Position numbers and translations under genes: made by a program. The notes under the pieces were generated by a model, which was not told the DNA's origin, did not search any database, and saw only the letters and a program-made list of their open reading frames with translations. Source: Calditrichia bacterium (GTDB lineage Bacteria; Calditrichota; Calditrichia; JAJRVZ01). Taken from it: a stretch of DNA of 64,000 nucleotides. Below, piece by piece: positions 1 to 10,005 of this stretch (positions within the stretch are counted from its first letter, which is position 1; every line of letters starts with the position of its first letter). Location: assembly GCA_963796965.1 (NCBI GenBank), contig CAWCNS010000004.1:768001-832000 (forward strand), in the 5' to 3' direction.

Positions 1-23
1 ACACATAGTTATGAGAGTATATA

Positions 24-1277
24 TTACAGATGCCATGGCGCGCGCATCGGTTGATTGATTAATCTGTTTGCTCCTTCATCATTTACAAAAACCTGTTTCT
101 CAGGATCAAATTCTAATCGACGGCCAAGACGTATGGCAATTTTAGCCAGGTTGACTATTGTGGCAGAGCGATGACCATTTTCTTCGTTAAGCGCAAACTT
201 TTTTCTTGTCCTGACAGATTCACCGAATTCAATAAGCTGAGGCGCCGGGTCGGGGAGGGTGGCTAATTTCTGTTCTAACCCTTTGATGTTGGATTTTAGC
301 CCTGGATAAAGCTTCCCCTCGGGACCTTCAATATAGGGGACATTGCTGTCTTCCCCTTTACCATCAAGAATTATTTCGCAGCCATCTGCGTATCTTAATC
401 TGATTTTATCCCAGCGTCCACAGGCGTCAGGATGAGCCTGGGGCGTTTCAGCTTCGATCTCGACAGGGCTGGTGTGATCCTTATTAAGAAAATATTGTAC
501 CGGATCAAGATAATGCTGCCCCATGTCTCCCAGACCACCTCCGTCATAATCCCAATATCCGCGAAATGTTACATGAACACGGTGAGCGTTGTAGGGGCGG
601 TAAGGTGCCGGTCCGAGCCACATGTCATAATTAAGATCATCGGGGATCCATTCGGGTTTCAGATTTGGAATACCGTTCCAGATGAACTTCCAGTCAAATC
701 CTGTGGCTTTTCCTACCGTGACTTTCAATGGCCAGCCAAGCAGACCATTCTGAACGATTTTTTTTATGGGTGCAACGGGTGTATTAAATTGATAAAAATT
801 GCTTCTGAATCTAAACCAGGTGTTTAAACGGAACATACTTCCGTTTTGCTGAACCGCTTCTACTAACTTTTGTCCTTCTCCGATGGTCCGGGTCATTGGC
901 TTTTCACACCAGATATCCTTTCCAGCTTTTGCCGCGGCAATAGCGATCAGCCCATGCCAATGGGGCGGTGTAACAACATGGACAACATCAATATCTTCTC
1001 GTTGAAGCACCTCTCGGTAATCGGTATAGCCCTTAACATCCTTATCAGCCTGATCAAGCGCTAGTTTAATATGACTTTTGTCAACATCACAAACGGCCAA
1101 TAATTTGGCGTATGAAAACCTCATATGACCACGGCCCATTCCTCCGACACCAACAATAGCATACGTGATTTGATCGCTGGGAGCAATATAGTCGGATCCT
1201 CCCAGGACATGACGGGGTACTATGGTAAGCGCGCCGATTCCTGCTGTGGCAGTTTTGATAAACGATCTTCTTCTCAT
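24..1277 (-). CDS. Gfo/Idh/MocA-family oxidoreductase, Tat-exported
   Basis: Twin-arginine leader MRRRSFIK (start moved to the ATG at 1277), Rossmann VGVGGMG, CEKP motif, DMGQHYLD. Confidence 0.9.
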   Translation of the reverse strand: MRRRSFIKTATAGIGALTIVPRHVLGGSDYIAPSDQITYAIVGVGGMGRGHMRFSYAKLLAVCDVDKSHIKLALDQADKDVKGYTDYREVLQREDIDVVHVVTPPHWHGLIAIAAAKAGKDIWCEKPMTRTIGEGQKLVEAVQQNGSMFRLNTWFRFRSNFYQFNTPVAPIKKIVQNGLLGWPLKVTVGKATGFDWKFIWNGIPNLKPEWIPDDLNYDMWLGPAPYRPYNAHRVHVTFRGYWDYDGGGLGDMGQHYLDPVQYFLNKDHTSPVEIEAETPQAHPDACGRWDKIRLRYADGCEIILDGKGEDSNVPYIEGPEGKLYPGLKSNIKGLEQKLATLPDPAPQLIEFGESVRTRKKFALNEENGHRSATIVNLAKIAIRLGRRLEFDPEKQVFVNDEGANRLINQPMRAPWHL

Positions 1278-1302
1278 GTTTTTCTTATACCCTTTTTTTT
1301 TA

Positions 1303-1402
1303 AACACAAAGATCACAAAGTAGACACTAAGTTCACAAAGAAGTATTTATTATAATTATCCTCTTAGTGCATCTTTGTGTTACATTTTCGATTCTTTGTG
1401 TC
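1303..1402. repeat. ACACAAAG/CTTTGTGT intergenic inverted-repeat family, copy 1
   Basis: ~9-bp periodic CACAAAG units followed by complementary CTTTGTG units; similar copies at 17845-18022 and 28784-28878. Confidence 0.7.
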
Positions 1403-1451
1403 TCTTTTTTGTGAGATTTAACGTCATTTACTATCTCCATTAATTATTTCC

Positions 1452-2684
1452 TCAACTCTCTGCTGCATTGGATTCGGGAATAGATTTATCATTAAACATA
1501 AATGCAAAGAGAACCATTATTATACCGGCAAAAATGGCAGGTAACATCCAAAAGTATTGCCATTGCTCAAGTACATTTATTGCGTCGCCATTGACAACCG
1601 AATTGAATAGCCAGCCGGAAATTTGAGCGCCGATAAGCATACCAGCTCCTAAAGTGACAAGAACAAGAAAACCCTGTGCCTGACCACGAATGGCAGGCGT
1701 CGCTTTTTTATCGACATAAATTTGACCGGTAACAAAAAAGAAGTCATAACAAATCCCATGTAAAATAATTCCTCCCATGACCATCCATAGAATTCCGGAG
1801 GGCGCTGCAAATGAGAATAAGGTGTAACGCAGAACCCAGGCAAGCATGCCAATAAATAGCATCCATTTGACACCGAAAATTCTAAAGAAGAAGGGCATAA
1901 GAACGATAAAGATTACCTCTGACATTTGTCCAAAGGACATTTTGAATCCAGGATTTGGGATTTCCAGAACATTGACGAATACCGGCGCATAAGCATAGTA
2001 AACGGCAAGAGGGATGCAGATCAGAAAGGAACTGATCATAAAAATAGCAAATGGCCGATTTTTGAGCATTGACAAGGCATCTAAACCCATAATCTGACGT
2101 GCCGTAACTTTTTCTCCTGCCGCGGGCGGTGGGGTATGGGGCAGGGTAAAACTAAATAATCCCATGATGACACCTGCGATGGCAGCAACTTGCAAGGGTA
2201 GAGCAGATTCATCTGCACCCAGATATCCACTGACAAAAACACCCGCTACAATCCAACCGACTGTTCCAAATGCACGAATAATCGGAAAAGATTTTTCCTG
2301 ATCGGTTATATGATGAAATGCTAATGTGTTTACAAGACTGATTGTTGGCATATAGCATAACATATGGAGCAATAATAACAAAATAAACAATGTCGCCGAG
2401 GGAGAATCACCTTCAGCTGCGAAAGGAGTAAGAAACATGGCGATTCCTCCAAGTATATGGAGCACGCCTAAGACTTTTTCCGTTGCAAAAAAACGGTCTG
2501 CAATCATACCAGAAAAGAATGGAGAAATAATTGCACCGATTGGACCTACCGTATAAGCCCAATAAATAGCATCGGACATCCCAACACGGTTCATATAGTT
2601 GCCAACTGTAACATACCAGGCACCCCAAATAAAAAACTCTATGAACATCATCGCGCTAAGCTGGATAAAGGTTTTTTTATTCAA
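1452..2684 (-). CDS. MFS transporter, nucleoside:H+ symporter (NupG/XapB-like) family
   Basis: MMFIEFFIWGAWY, ADRFF, GQMSEV and LHGICYDFFFVTGQIYVD signatures; about 12 hydrophobic segments; TTG start after GAGGAG. Confidence 0.85.
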   Translation of the reverse strand: MNKKTFIQLSAMMFIEFFIWGAWYVTVGNYMNRVGMSDAIYWAYTVGPIGAIISPFFSGMIADRFFATEKVLGVLHILGGIAMFLTPFAAEGDSPSATLFILLLLLHMLCYMPTISLVNTLAFHHITDQEKSFPIIRAFGTVGWIVAGVFVSGYLGADESALPLQVAAIAGVIMGLFSFTLPHTPPPAAGEKVTARQIMGLDALSMLKNRPFAIFMISSFLICIPLAVYYAYAPVFVNVLEIPNPGFKMSFGQMSEVIFIVLMPFFFRIFGVKWMLFIGMLAWVLRYTLFSFAAPSGILWMVMGGIILHGICYDFFFVTGQIYVDKKATPAIRGQAQGFLVLVTLGAGMLIGAQISGWLFNSVVNGDAINVLEQWQYFWMLPAIFAGIIMVLFAFMFNDKSIPESNAAES

Positions 2685-2869
2685 TGCTTTCTCCTCTCAA
2701 TTGCAAATTGAAATTGGCTACATATATAATCAGAATTCTGGACCCTAGAAGAAGTTACCTTGCAACTTAATGTACAGGCGAATCGAGGTAATTTCTAGGG
2801 TTGGATGGAATATCACTAAAATGTCGATGAAATATTTACAGGAATATTTATCGACCGTACTCTATAGAG

Positions 2870-2918
2870 TAGAGACGTCCCGCCGGTTGAAAATCCCGTT
2901 ATTCGGGGGACGTCTCTA
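2870..2918. repeat. REP-like (GTAG-type) hairpin
   Basis: 12-bp inverted repeat tagagacgtccc ... gggacgtctcta. Confidence 0.55.
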
Positions 2919-3021
2919 AAATGAAATTGGCCATTTATTATAAATATAAATCACTGTCACGTTATTCAATAGGAAAATCTAAATAATCAGGATGTTTGAA
3001 AAAATTTAAATTTTGAACGAT

Positions 3022-4380
3022 CTATAGAGACCAACCTTTTCGGTATTCTTTATGGATTAATTCGTTTGCCTCTTCAACGTTGGTCACGCGCATATTAGGT
3101 CCGTCCCACTCTAATATCTTATTCTTTGGTGACATGCGGACGGCGATATTACCTAATAACATCATTTCTGTTAACTTACTGGCATAGCCAAAATTTGATG
3201 TTGTTTCACCACCGTTTTTACAGGCTTCTATCCACTCGGCATGAATACCTGGAGAGCGTGGAATTGATTTTTCCGGGCGGTCATATTCTTTCATCTTTGT
3301 TTCAGGTATTATACGTGGATTGCTACCATAGGTACTGCACATAAGTTTGCCTTTGGTCCCGATAAAGATTACACCTCCACCGCCATCACCCATCTTTCTT
3401 CCTGGTTCTAGCTCAGCTGGTCTGGGTGGTAGAATGCGGCCATCATACCAGTGTAATTTAACCGGGGGCATATCATCGCGTTCAGGAAAGTCATAGGTTA
3501 TCATGGTTGACAGGGGATAGGTTTCATCATTTAACTTTGTTGAACTGGCCTGAACCCTTGAAGGGTAGTCTAACTTGAGGGCCCAGAAGGGATGATCGAT
3601 GATATGAGCGCCCATATCACCAACAGACCCTGTACCATAATCCAACCAACCGCGCCATTTAAAAGGTACATAGGCAGGATGATAAGGACGCACAGGTGCC
3701 GGACCCTGCCAAACATCCCAATTTAATGTAGGAGGAATCGCAGGAAGCGCTTCAGGACGACCAATGCCTTGAGGCCAGATAGGACGGTTTGTCCAGGTAT
3801 AAACCTCGGTTACATCGCCAATTGCGCCGTCCCAAATCCATTCGTTAATCAGACGGGCGCCTTCACTGGCATGCCCCTGGTTTCCCATTTGTGTCACTAC
3901 CTTATATTCTTTAGCTGCTTCGGCAAGTTTCCGTGCTTCAAATATGGTATGGGTTAAGGGTTTCTGAACATAGGTATGGATACCCATTTTAATAGCGGTC
4001 ATGGCGATTACAGCATGGGAGTGATCCGGTGTGGTTACTGTCACGGCATCAATATCTTTTTGTTTATCAAACATGACTCTAAAGTCACTGTACTTTTTGG
4101 CTTTTGGGAATTCCGCAAAAGCTTCTGCAGCACGGACTTCATCCACATCGCATAAGGCGACAATATTTTCTGAACTGACATTTTTCAGATCACTATGACC
4201 TTGGCCACCGGCACCAATACAAGCTATATTCAGTTTGTCACTCGGTGCTTTAAACCCAGGACCACCAAGAACAAAGCGGGGGACAATGGTAAAGGCAGCA
4301 GCAGCCATTGCAGTCGTGCCTATAAATTCACGCCGGCTGATGTTTGATTTCTTCTCTAAAGATTTATTCTTCTTTTTCAT
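3022..4380 (-). CDS. Gfo/Idh/MocA-family oxidoreductase, Tat-exported
   Basis: SRREFIG Tat motif, IGAGGQG, VQKPL, GDMGAHIID. Confidence 0.9.
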   Translation of the reverse strand: MKKKNKSLEKKSNISRREFIGTTAMAAAAFTIVPRFVLGGPGFKAPSDKLNIACIGAGGQGHSDLKNVSSENIVALCDVDEVRAAEAFAEFPKAKKYSDFRVMFDKQKDIDAVTVTTPDHSHAVIAMTAIKMGIHTYVQKPLTHTIFEARKLAEAAKEYKVVTQMGNQGHASEGARLINEWIWDGAIGDVTEVYTWTNRPIWPQGIGRPEALPAIPPTLNWDVWQGPAPVRPYHPAYVPFKWRGWLDYGTGSVGDMGAHIIDHPFWALKLDYPSRVQASSTKLNDETYPLSTMITYDFPERDDMPPVKLHWYDGRILPPRPAELEPGRKMGDGGGGVIFIGTKGKLMCSTYGSNPRIIPETKMKEYDRPEKSIPRSPGIHAEWIEACKNGGETTSNFGYASKLTEMMLLGNIAVRMSPKNKILEWDGPNMRVTNVEEANELIHKEYRKGWSL

Positions 4381-4399
4381 CTGTTTTTCCTTTCCTTAA

Positions 4400-5716
4400 T
4401 TACTTCTCTGCTGATCCGGGAACAGCTACGGCTTTATCGATATTGACTGGACCCATTGTATATTCTGTTGGTCCAACACGGAATTTTGAATTCATCATTT
4501 CATCCCAGGTTACGGCCTTTCCGGTATAGGCAGAAATACGACCCATAATTGCGGCCATGGTAGAAATGGCAGTTTGTTCTGCTTCAACATAGGGCTTGTT
4601 TGTTCTGATCGCGGTGACCAGGTCAATATGTTCCTGGACATAAGGAGAAACCTTTACGCTGGTGGTTGGTTTACCTTCCTCATCCAGCGGATATTCATAT
4701 TTCCACTTGATAGTACCATCTGGATTGTAGATTGTATCTTCGGCATTGGTGTATCCTTCGCTACCTCGAACATATTCGGAGACGTTGTTTGCACAGCCAT
4801 TTATCTGGCGGCAGGTACTGTGAACATGGATATCATTCTCATACATGAAATCAATATCAAAAAAGTCATATTGATCACCGGTAACACGACGGTGACGGGC
4901 TCCCATACCTACGGCTTTAACCGGATGTGATTCTAAAAACCAGTTTGCCACATCGATATTGTGGACGTGTTGTTCAACAATATGATCCCCTGAGAGCCAG
5001 GTCCAGTTAACCCAATCCCTGATCATGTATTCCATTTCTGACCAGCCACTCTTTTGAGTCCTGTACCATAACTGGCTTTGGTTCCAATAACAGCATGCGG
5101 AAACAGGCTGACCTATCGCACCCTCATATACTTCTTTAAAAGTTGAGACATAATTTCTTTTATGTCTTCTCTGTGTTCCCGTACCAACCGTAAGTCCTAA
5201 TGACTCTGCTTTTTTGGACGTTGTCATAATTGAACGTGCCCCAACAGGATCTACGGCTACAGGTTTCTCCATAAATACATTTTTTTTGGCCTGAATGGCT
5301 GCTTCAAAGTGCTCAGGTCTGAAATGAGGGGGCGTAGCCAGGATAATTACATCTACCCCTGAATCAATCACTTTTTCAAAAGCGTCAAAACCAACGAAAC
5401 ATTTTTCCGGAGGAACTTCAACATTTTTATTACTCTTCAGTCCTTGATTACAGCCATCAATACGATCCTGAAATACATCACCGAGAGCGACAATGGATAA
5501 ATTTGGACCAGCACTTAGAAAATCTCTCGCTGCCCCTGAGCCACGGCCGCCACAACCAATAAGGCCTGCTTTCAGTGGTTTACCATCCGGTGCCTGGTCC
5601 AGAAATGGTGCCAGATCCATTGTTCTTTTTTTAGTATTACAACCTACTAATAATCCTGCTGCAAGGGCCGCGCTGCCCATGCCAATAAATTCACGGCGGT
5701 TAAAATCTTTCGACAT
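4400..5716 (-). CDS. Gfo/Idh/MocA-family oxidoreductase, Tat lipoprotein
   Basis: NRREFIG Tat motif, LLVGC lipobox, IGCGGRG, MEKP, EQHVHNID. Confidence 0.9.
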   Translation of the reverse strand: MSKDFNRREFIGMGSAALAAGLLVGCNTKKRTMDLAPFLDQAPDGKPLKAGLIGCGGRGSGAARDFLSAGPNLSIVALGDVFQDRIDGCNQGLKSNKNVEVPPEKCFVGFDAFEKVIDSGVDVIILATPPHFRPEHFEAAIQAKKNVFMEKPVAVDPVGARSIMTTSKKAESLGLTVGTGTQRRHKRNYVSTFKEVYEGAIGQPVSACCYWNQSQLWYRTQKSGWSEMEYMIRDWVNWTWLSGDHIVEQHVHNIDVANWFLESHPVKAVGMGARHRRVTGDQYDFFDIDFMYENDIHVHSTCRQINGCANNVSEYVRGSEGYTNAEDTIYNPDGTIKWKYEYPLDEEGKPTTSVKVSPYVQEHIDLVTAIRTNKPYVEAEQTAISTMAAIMGRISAYTGKAVTWDEMMNSKFRVGPTEYTMGPVNIDKAVAVPGSAEK

Positions 5717-5869
5717 TGTTTTCTTCCTTTATTTTGTGATTTATATTCAATGTGAAATTATGTTTCCCATGAACATATTACAGTATCTTGTAAATTAAAG
5801 ATTTCAGTAATAAAACCTATGATATTTTATCGATGAGATCATTTGGAATGATCCTCCGGATAGAAAACT

Positions 5870-5898
5870 AAGCTATCCCACAATTGAGTGCAAGTCAA
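5870..5898 (-). promoter_or_regulatory. Putative sigma70-type promoter for the 5716 gene and those downstream
   Basis: Minus-strand TTGACT-N17-TAGCTT about 150 bp upstream of the start. Confidence 0.45.
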
Positions 5899-6010
5899 GA
5901 ATGTTTTTCAGATTTACTTCTGTAAATATAGCCTAACATATTGATATATTAGTAGTTGTGTGGCACCTATTCATAGAAAATTTTCTAAACAGATAAACCT
6001 GATTCAACGA

Positions 6011-6092
6011 ACTCTCCCTAAATCCCTCTCTTACAAAGCGAGGGACTTTAAGGAGCCCTTCTCGTGAAGAAGAGAAGGGATTTTTGGATGAG
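6011..6092. repeat. CCCTCTC/GAGAGGG hairpin repeat family, degenerate copy
   Basis: tccctctctt..gcgaggga and cccttctc..gagaaggg stems; related to 7948-8035. Confidence 0.45.
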
Positions 6093-6215
6093 AATTTATA
6101 TTAAAACATTGATTCTTCTTTTAAACCGGGCACATATGATTTCAAATATTACTTGAAAATTCTTCTGTTGGATATTGAATATCGTCCAAAGAACTCCTTT
6201 GGACAATATTTAGTT

Positions 6216-7724
6216 TTATTCCACTTCACAAACCACCCTGAAACCCACATCAGCGCAATCGGAATACCACCATAGGCTCTTAGGTATTTGTGGATCAGTT
6301 CTTAACCATTGAACTGTTTTTGTATGGTCTCTGCTTGCTGATCGGATGTGAGGTGAATCGCTGAAATAGGATCCACCGCGAACCACATATTCTTCTCCCT
6401 GTTCCGGACCCAAGGGATCTGTCACTTTAGTTCCTTGGGTATATTTATTATAAGTATCCGGTGCATACCAGTCTCCGCAAAATTCTTTCACATTACCTAA
6501 CATATTTAAAAGACCAAATGGATTAGATTTTACATGAGAAGGAATATGAGATTTTCCACCACTATTAACAATGTAGACCAAATACGTATTGATATTGGTT
6601 GTGTCAACACCAAATATTTTATTCCAAAACCTATCCTGGGAAAATTGAGTCGGGCTTCCTTCAAAGAAATAGGCACTTTCTGTTTTTCCTCTGGCCGCAT
6701 ATTCCCATTCCGCTTCGGTGGGAAGCCGGTATTTCTTGCCGGTTTTTTGTGAAAGCCATTCACAATATTTTCGAGCGGCATAATGGGTCATTGTAATCGC
6801 TGGTCGTTTACCTTTTCCCCAACCCTGATCTGGATTGCCATAGGCAGGCGTCGGACCACTTTCACCGTCAACTTCTTTTACATTGTTGACAAATCGATAT
6901 TGATCATCGGTTCGTCCTTCTGCTTTTGTATCTTTGTAGAATGCTTCATATTCATTCCATGTTACTTCATGCTTTTCCATCCAGAAGGAACTAATAATAA
7001 TGTCACGTTGTGGTCCTTCATCGGCTTCACGATAATCTTCGGATTCAGGACTGCCAATTTTGAAAGTACCTCCAGGAATCGCAATCATTTCGAAATCTAT
7101 TGATGTGCCAGGGATGGTTTCAACAAAATTTAAAAAGGAATCAACTTTTGCTGCCGTTGTATACTGGGCTTTTGAACCCTGGTCGTCTGAATCGGTTAAA
7201 AGTGTCTCGGGCCTTTTCTCATGGAAATGGCCGGTCTCAAGATGGCAGTTGATGCATCGTAAATCGTCTGGATTTTGGTCATAATACAGATGGGCTTCTT
7301 CCCCTTTCTTTGATAAGGTCCGGGGGTATAAATTACTATGACAGTTGATACAGGAGGCTTTATAGACATGATTAACAGCAAAAGCCCGCGAGGATTTTAG
7401 TTCCCAGTTTATTTTCTCTGTATCAATAAATAACGTAGCATAAACATCCCGCAAGCCAGTTTGTACTTTGGCATTAAGATAATCAAAACCGCCAGGCGGC
7501 AGGTGGCATTCGACGCACTTAATCGCCATTCCACTTCTGTTGTCAAAATGAGCGCCTAACTTCCATGATGAGGTTGCCTGAGGATGAACATGGCAGGACT
7601 CACAAAATGTGTTCGTCGAGGTATACTCTAATATCCAATTAAATACAAGAATCGTAACAATTCCACAGAAGAACAAGAATAGTTTGATATATTTTTGAGC
7701 AGATTTAGATGAAAAAAAATGCAT
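6216..7724 (-). CDS. NapC/NirT-type tetraheme cytochrome c fused to an FGE-sulfatase (SUMF1/EgtB/PvdO) fold domain
   Basis: N-terminal TM helix then YTSTNTFCESCH; four CxxCH (CESCH, CVECH, CINCH, CINCH); C-terminal RLPTEAEWEYAARG, NPFGL-NMLGNV, RGGS, GFRVV. Confidence 0.88.
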   Translation of the reverse strand: MHFFSSKSAQKYIKLFLFFCGIVTILVFNWILEYTSTNTFCESCHVHPQATSSWKLGAHFDNRSGMAIKCVECHLPPGGFDYLNAKVQTGLRDVYATLFIDTEKINWELKSSRAFAVNHVYKASCINCHSNLYPRTLSKKGEEAHLYYDQNPDDLRCINCHLETGHFHEKRPETLLTDSDDQGSKAQYTTAAKVDSFLNFVETIPGTSIDFEMIAIPGGTFKIGSPESEDYREADEGPQRDIIISSFWMEKHEVTWNEYEAFYKDTKAEGRTDDQYRFVNNVKEVDGESGPTPAYGNPDQGWGKGKRPAITMTHYAARKYCEWLSQKTGKKYRLPTEAEWEYAARGKTESAYFFEGSPTQFSQDRFWNKIFGVDTTNINTYLVYIVNSGGKSHIPSHVKSNPFGLLNMLGNVKEFCGDWYAPDTYNKYTQGTKVTDPLGPEQGEEYVVRGGSYFSDSPHIRSASRDHTKTVQWLRTDPQIPKSLWWYSDCADVGFRVVCEVE

Positions 7725-7947
7725 GGAAATTTAACCTTGCTATTATCTACTATATTGAATTTTGGAATTACTTCAGGTTGGCTGCATTAATTCCAAATTG
7801 AGCAAATGATAAGAGAATTATTTCTCGTAGAGACACCATCAAATTAAGACAAAAGAAAAGAGACAAAATTATGCCTAGTTGCAAAATAAATAATGTGAAG
7901 TCTGTCTCTCTTAACAATTCAAGTCGAAAAGTTTAGGCTTCTACTCT

Positions 7948-8035
7948 GACCTCACCCCTTGACCACCACCCTGAATAAACAAGAGCATCGGCACTTCCCC
8001 TCTCCTGTCAGGAGAGGGGATAAAGGGGTGAGGTC
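7948..8035. repeat. Nested hairpin repeat (CCCTCTC/GAGAGGG family)
   Basis: Outer 13-bp IR gacctcacccctt/aaggggtgaggtc; inner 12-bp IR tcccctctcctg/caggagagggga. Confidence 0.65.
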
Positions 8036-8205
8036 TCTGACGGTTTACATGACTGTAGCCTGATCCAGGATGATAAACCAGCCCAATTCTCCTGAACTAA
8101 GTTCAGGAGAACATAGAATATCTTATTATATAAATTCGAATAGGACGATACAATTTATTTGTCTCAGCGTTTCCGCGAGAAAAAAATTATCACGATATAT
8201 CTTAT

Positions 8206-8899
8206 TTACTCTAATGGCTCTAAGTATATTGCCCGGAACTCAATTGGTTTTCCTTCACTCTGAAAACAAATTTTTCCAGTCTGGACCGAAGCACCGGTTC
8301 CAATGTTTTGAACGACACCATTGACTGTAAGGTGAATCATATCCTCTTTACAAACAATTTTATACGTATTCCACTCACCTGGTGCTTTTTCACTGCTTTT
8401 TTCTTTTTTCTCCACACGTCTTTCTGACTTATCAACTTGTTCATTTATAGTTGTACCGCCGATCATCCAAAAATCACCGGCATTTTCAGACATTAATTGT
8501 GCTTCGATGCATTTTGGCCAAATCGTAGTCTGGTTCTCTCATATGGAGCAATACACCACTGTTACCAGGCTCTGCCGGCCAGCGCCATTCAACCGTTAAT
8601 TTGTAATTCGCATATCTGTTTGCTGTTTTTATATAACCATTTGGGACACCAGTACAATGTAAGATTCCATTCTTCACCATCCATACAGTATTAACATCAA
8701 CATCTTTCCCAAGTACAAAGCGGTCCCAACCGTTGAAATCTTTACCATTCCACAAATTGATTTTTTTGTGAGGAAAAATAATATCATTGGTAGTACTGGT
8801 TTGATCCGTGACTTCTGCTTTTTCACTACCACAGCTAAGTAATAAAGCCATTAATAAGATTGATAGGATTGCGATCACGCTAACTTTTTGAAATTTCAT
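8206..8899 (-). CDS. DUF1080 (3-keto-disaccharide hydrolase/lyase family) lipoprotein; one frameshift near 8520
   Basis: LLLSC lipobox, LWNGKDFNGW, NYKLTVEWRW, GNSGV; continues in another frame as IWPKCIEAQLMSENAGDF..GEWNT..ICFQSEG..EFRAI. Confidence 0.8.
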
Positions 8900-8999
8900 C
8901 GGTTAACCCCTTTCGATAATTGTAACTGCATAACTTTATTCCCTATTCATTACCAAATTAATTTTTAACAACTCATCCCGGAGTAAATATTCATAGACA

Positions 9000-9953
9000 T
9001 TAAAAATCATCACAATACCGATAGGCTTTAATCAGCGCTTCTTCACCTTCTTTGCCTTTGATGCTATTCCCATGCTCCATTCCGACGATGCCCTTAAAAC
9101 CCTTACTATGAATATGTTTGAAGACATTCAGATAATTGATCTCTCCCGTGGTGGGTTCTTTCCGTCCGGGATTATCACCCACCTGAAAATAGGCTATTTC
9201 TTCCCAGGCAATATCCATATTTGGAATAATATTTCCCTCGGTTATCTGTTGATGATACATGTCGTCGAGGATCTTACATGATGGGCTGTCAACGGCTTTA
9301 CAAATCTGATAAGCTTGTGGAATTTTTGTCAGAAATAATCCGGGGTGATCTCGCCAGGGATTTAAAGGCTCAAGAACCATAATTAAACCAGAAGGTTCAC
9401 ATATCTCAGCGCAAATTTTTAAATTTTCAATCACATTGGCTGTTTGGTATCCCCACTCTAGTCGGGTACTAAAGCATGCCGGAACAATCGTCGTCCATTT
9501 GGCATTTACCCGCTTGGCTACTTCCACGGCTTCCTTCATTCTTTTCTTTAACATATCTTTGACATCATCTGTATTCAAAACAAAGGACTGTCCTTTAAAA
9601 TCAGCATAAGCAACAAAGACGCCCATGGTCATACCCAATTTGCTCATTTCTGATGCGATTTTTTCCTGAGTTTCTACAGGTTTATTCATCATGCCATTAT
9701 CTTCCAAAGCGCGAAAACCCTGATCAGCGATAAATTTTAGTTGATCGATTAAATCCTCACCAGCGGAATTTTTGAACATACCAAAATGTGGCGCATAATT
9801 TAACTTAAAGGCATTTCCTGATGAATTGTTCTGAGCAATTACATTTTCGGATTTAATTAGATTTCCACTCAACAATGCCCCTCCACCTAATGCGAGACCA
9901 GAAAGAAACTGCCGGCGGTTATAGTTATTTTGCTTCTCTTTTGTGCTGCTCAT
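9000..9953 (-). CDS. Hydroxypyruvate-isomerase-like / xylose-isomerase-like TIM-barrel protein, Tat-exported
   Basis: NRRQFLS Tat motif; LEPLN, DMYHQQITEG, QVGDNPGRKEPTTGEINY, GMEH. Confidence 0.85.
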   Translation of the reverse strand: MSSTKEKQNNYNRRQFLSGLALGGGALLSGNLIKSENVIAQNNSSGNAFKLNYAPHFGMFKNSAGEDLIDQLKFIADQGFRALEDNGMMNKPVETQEKIASEMSKLGMTMGVFVAYADFKGQSFVLNTDDVKDMLKKRMKEAVEVAKRVNAKWTTIVPACFSTRLEWGYQTANVIENLKICAEICEPSGLIMVLEPLNPWRDHPGLFLTKIPQAYQICKAVDSPSCKILDDMYHQQITEGNIIPNMDIAWEEIAYFQVGDNPGRKEPTTGEINYLNVFKHIHSKGFKGIVGMEHGNSIKGKEGEEALIKAYRYCDDF

Positions 9954-10005
9954 GGGATTTCTCCTTCAATTCCAAAAATTATTTACCCTGTGATTTTAAC
10001 AAATT

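Noticed and set aside
1277..1316. Upstream extension of the first ORF (similar extensions at 11556-11628, 16669-16726, 27845-27908, 40175-40217)
   Set aside because: The extensions run into intergenic or repeat DNA; downstream starts give proper signal peptides or RBS spacing
6216..7724. Nitrate/nitrite respiration gene or true formylglycine-generating enzyme
   Set aside because: No nap/nrf partners or sulfatase in the window, and the FGE catalytic cysteines are absent
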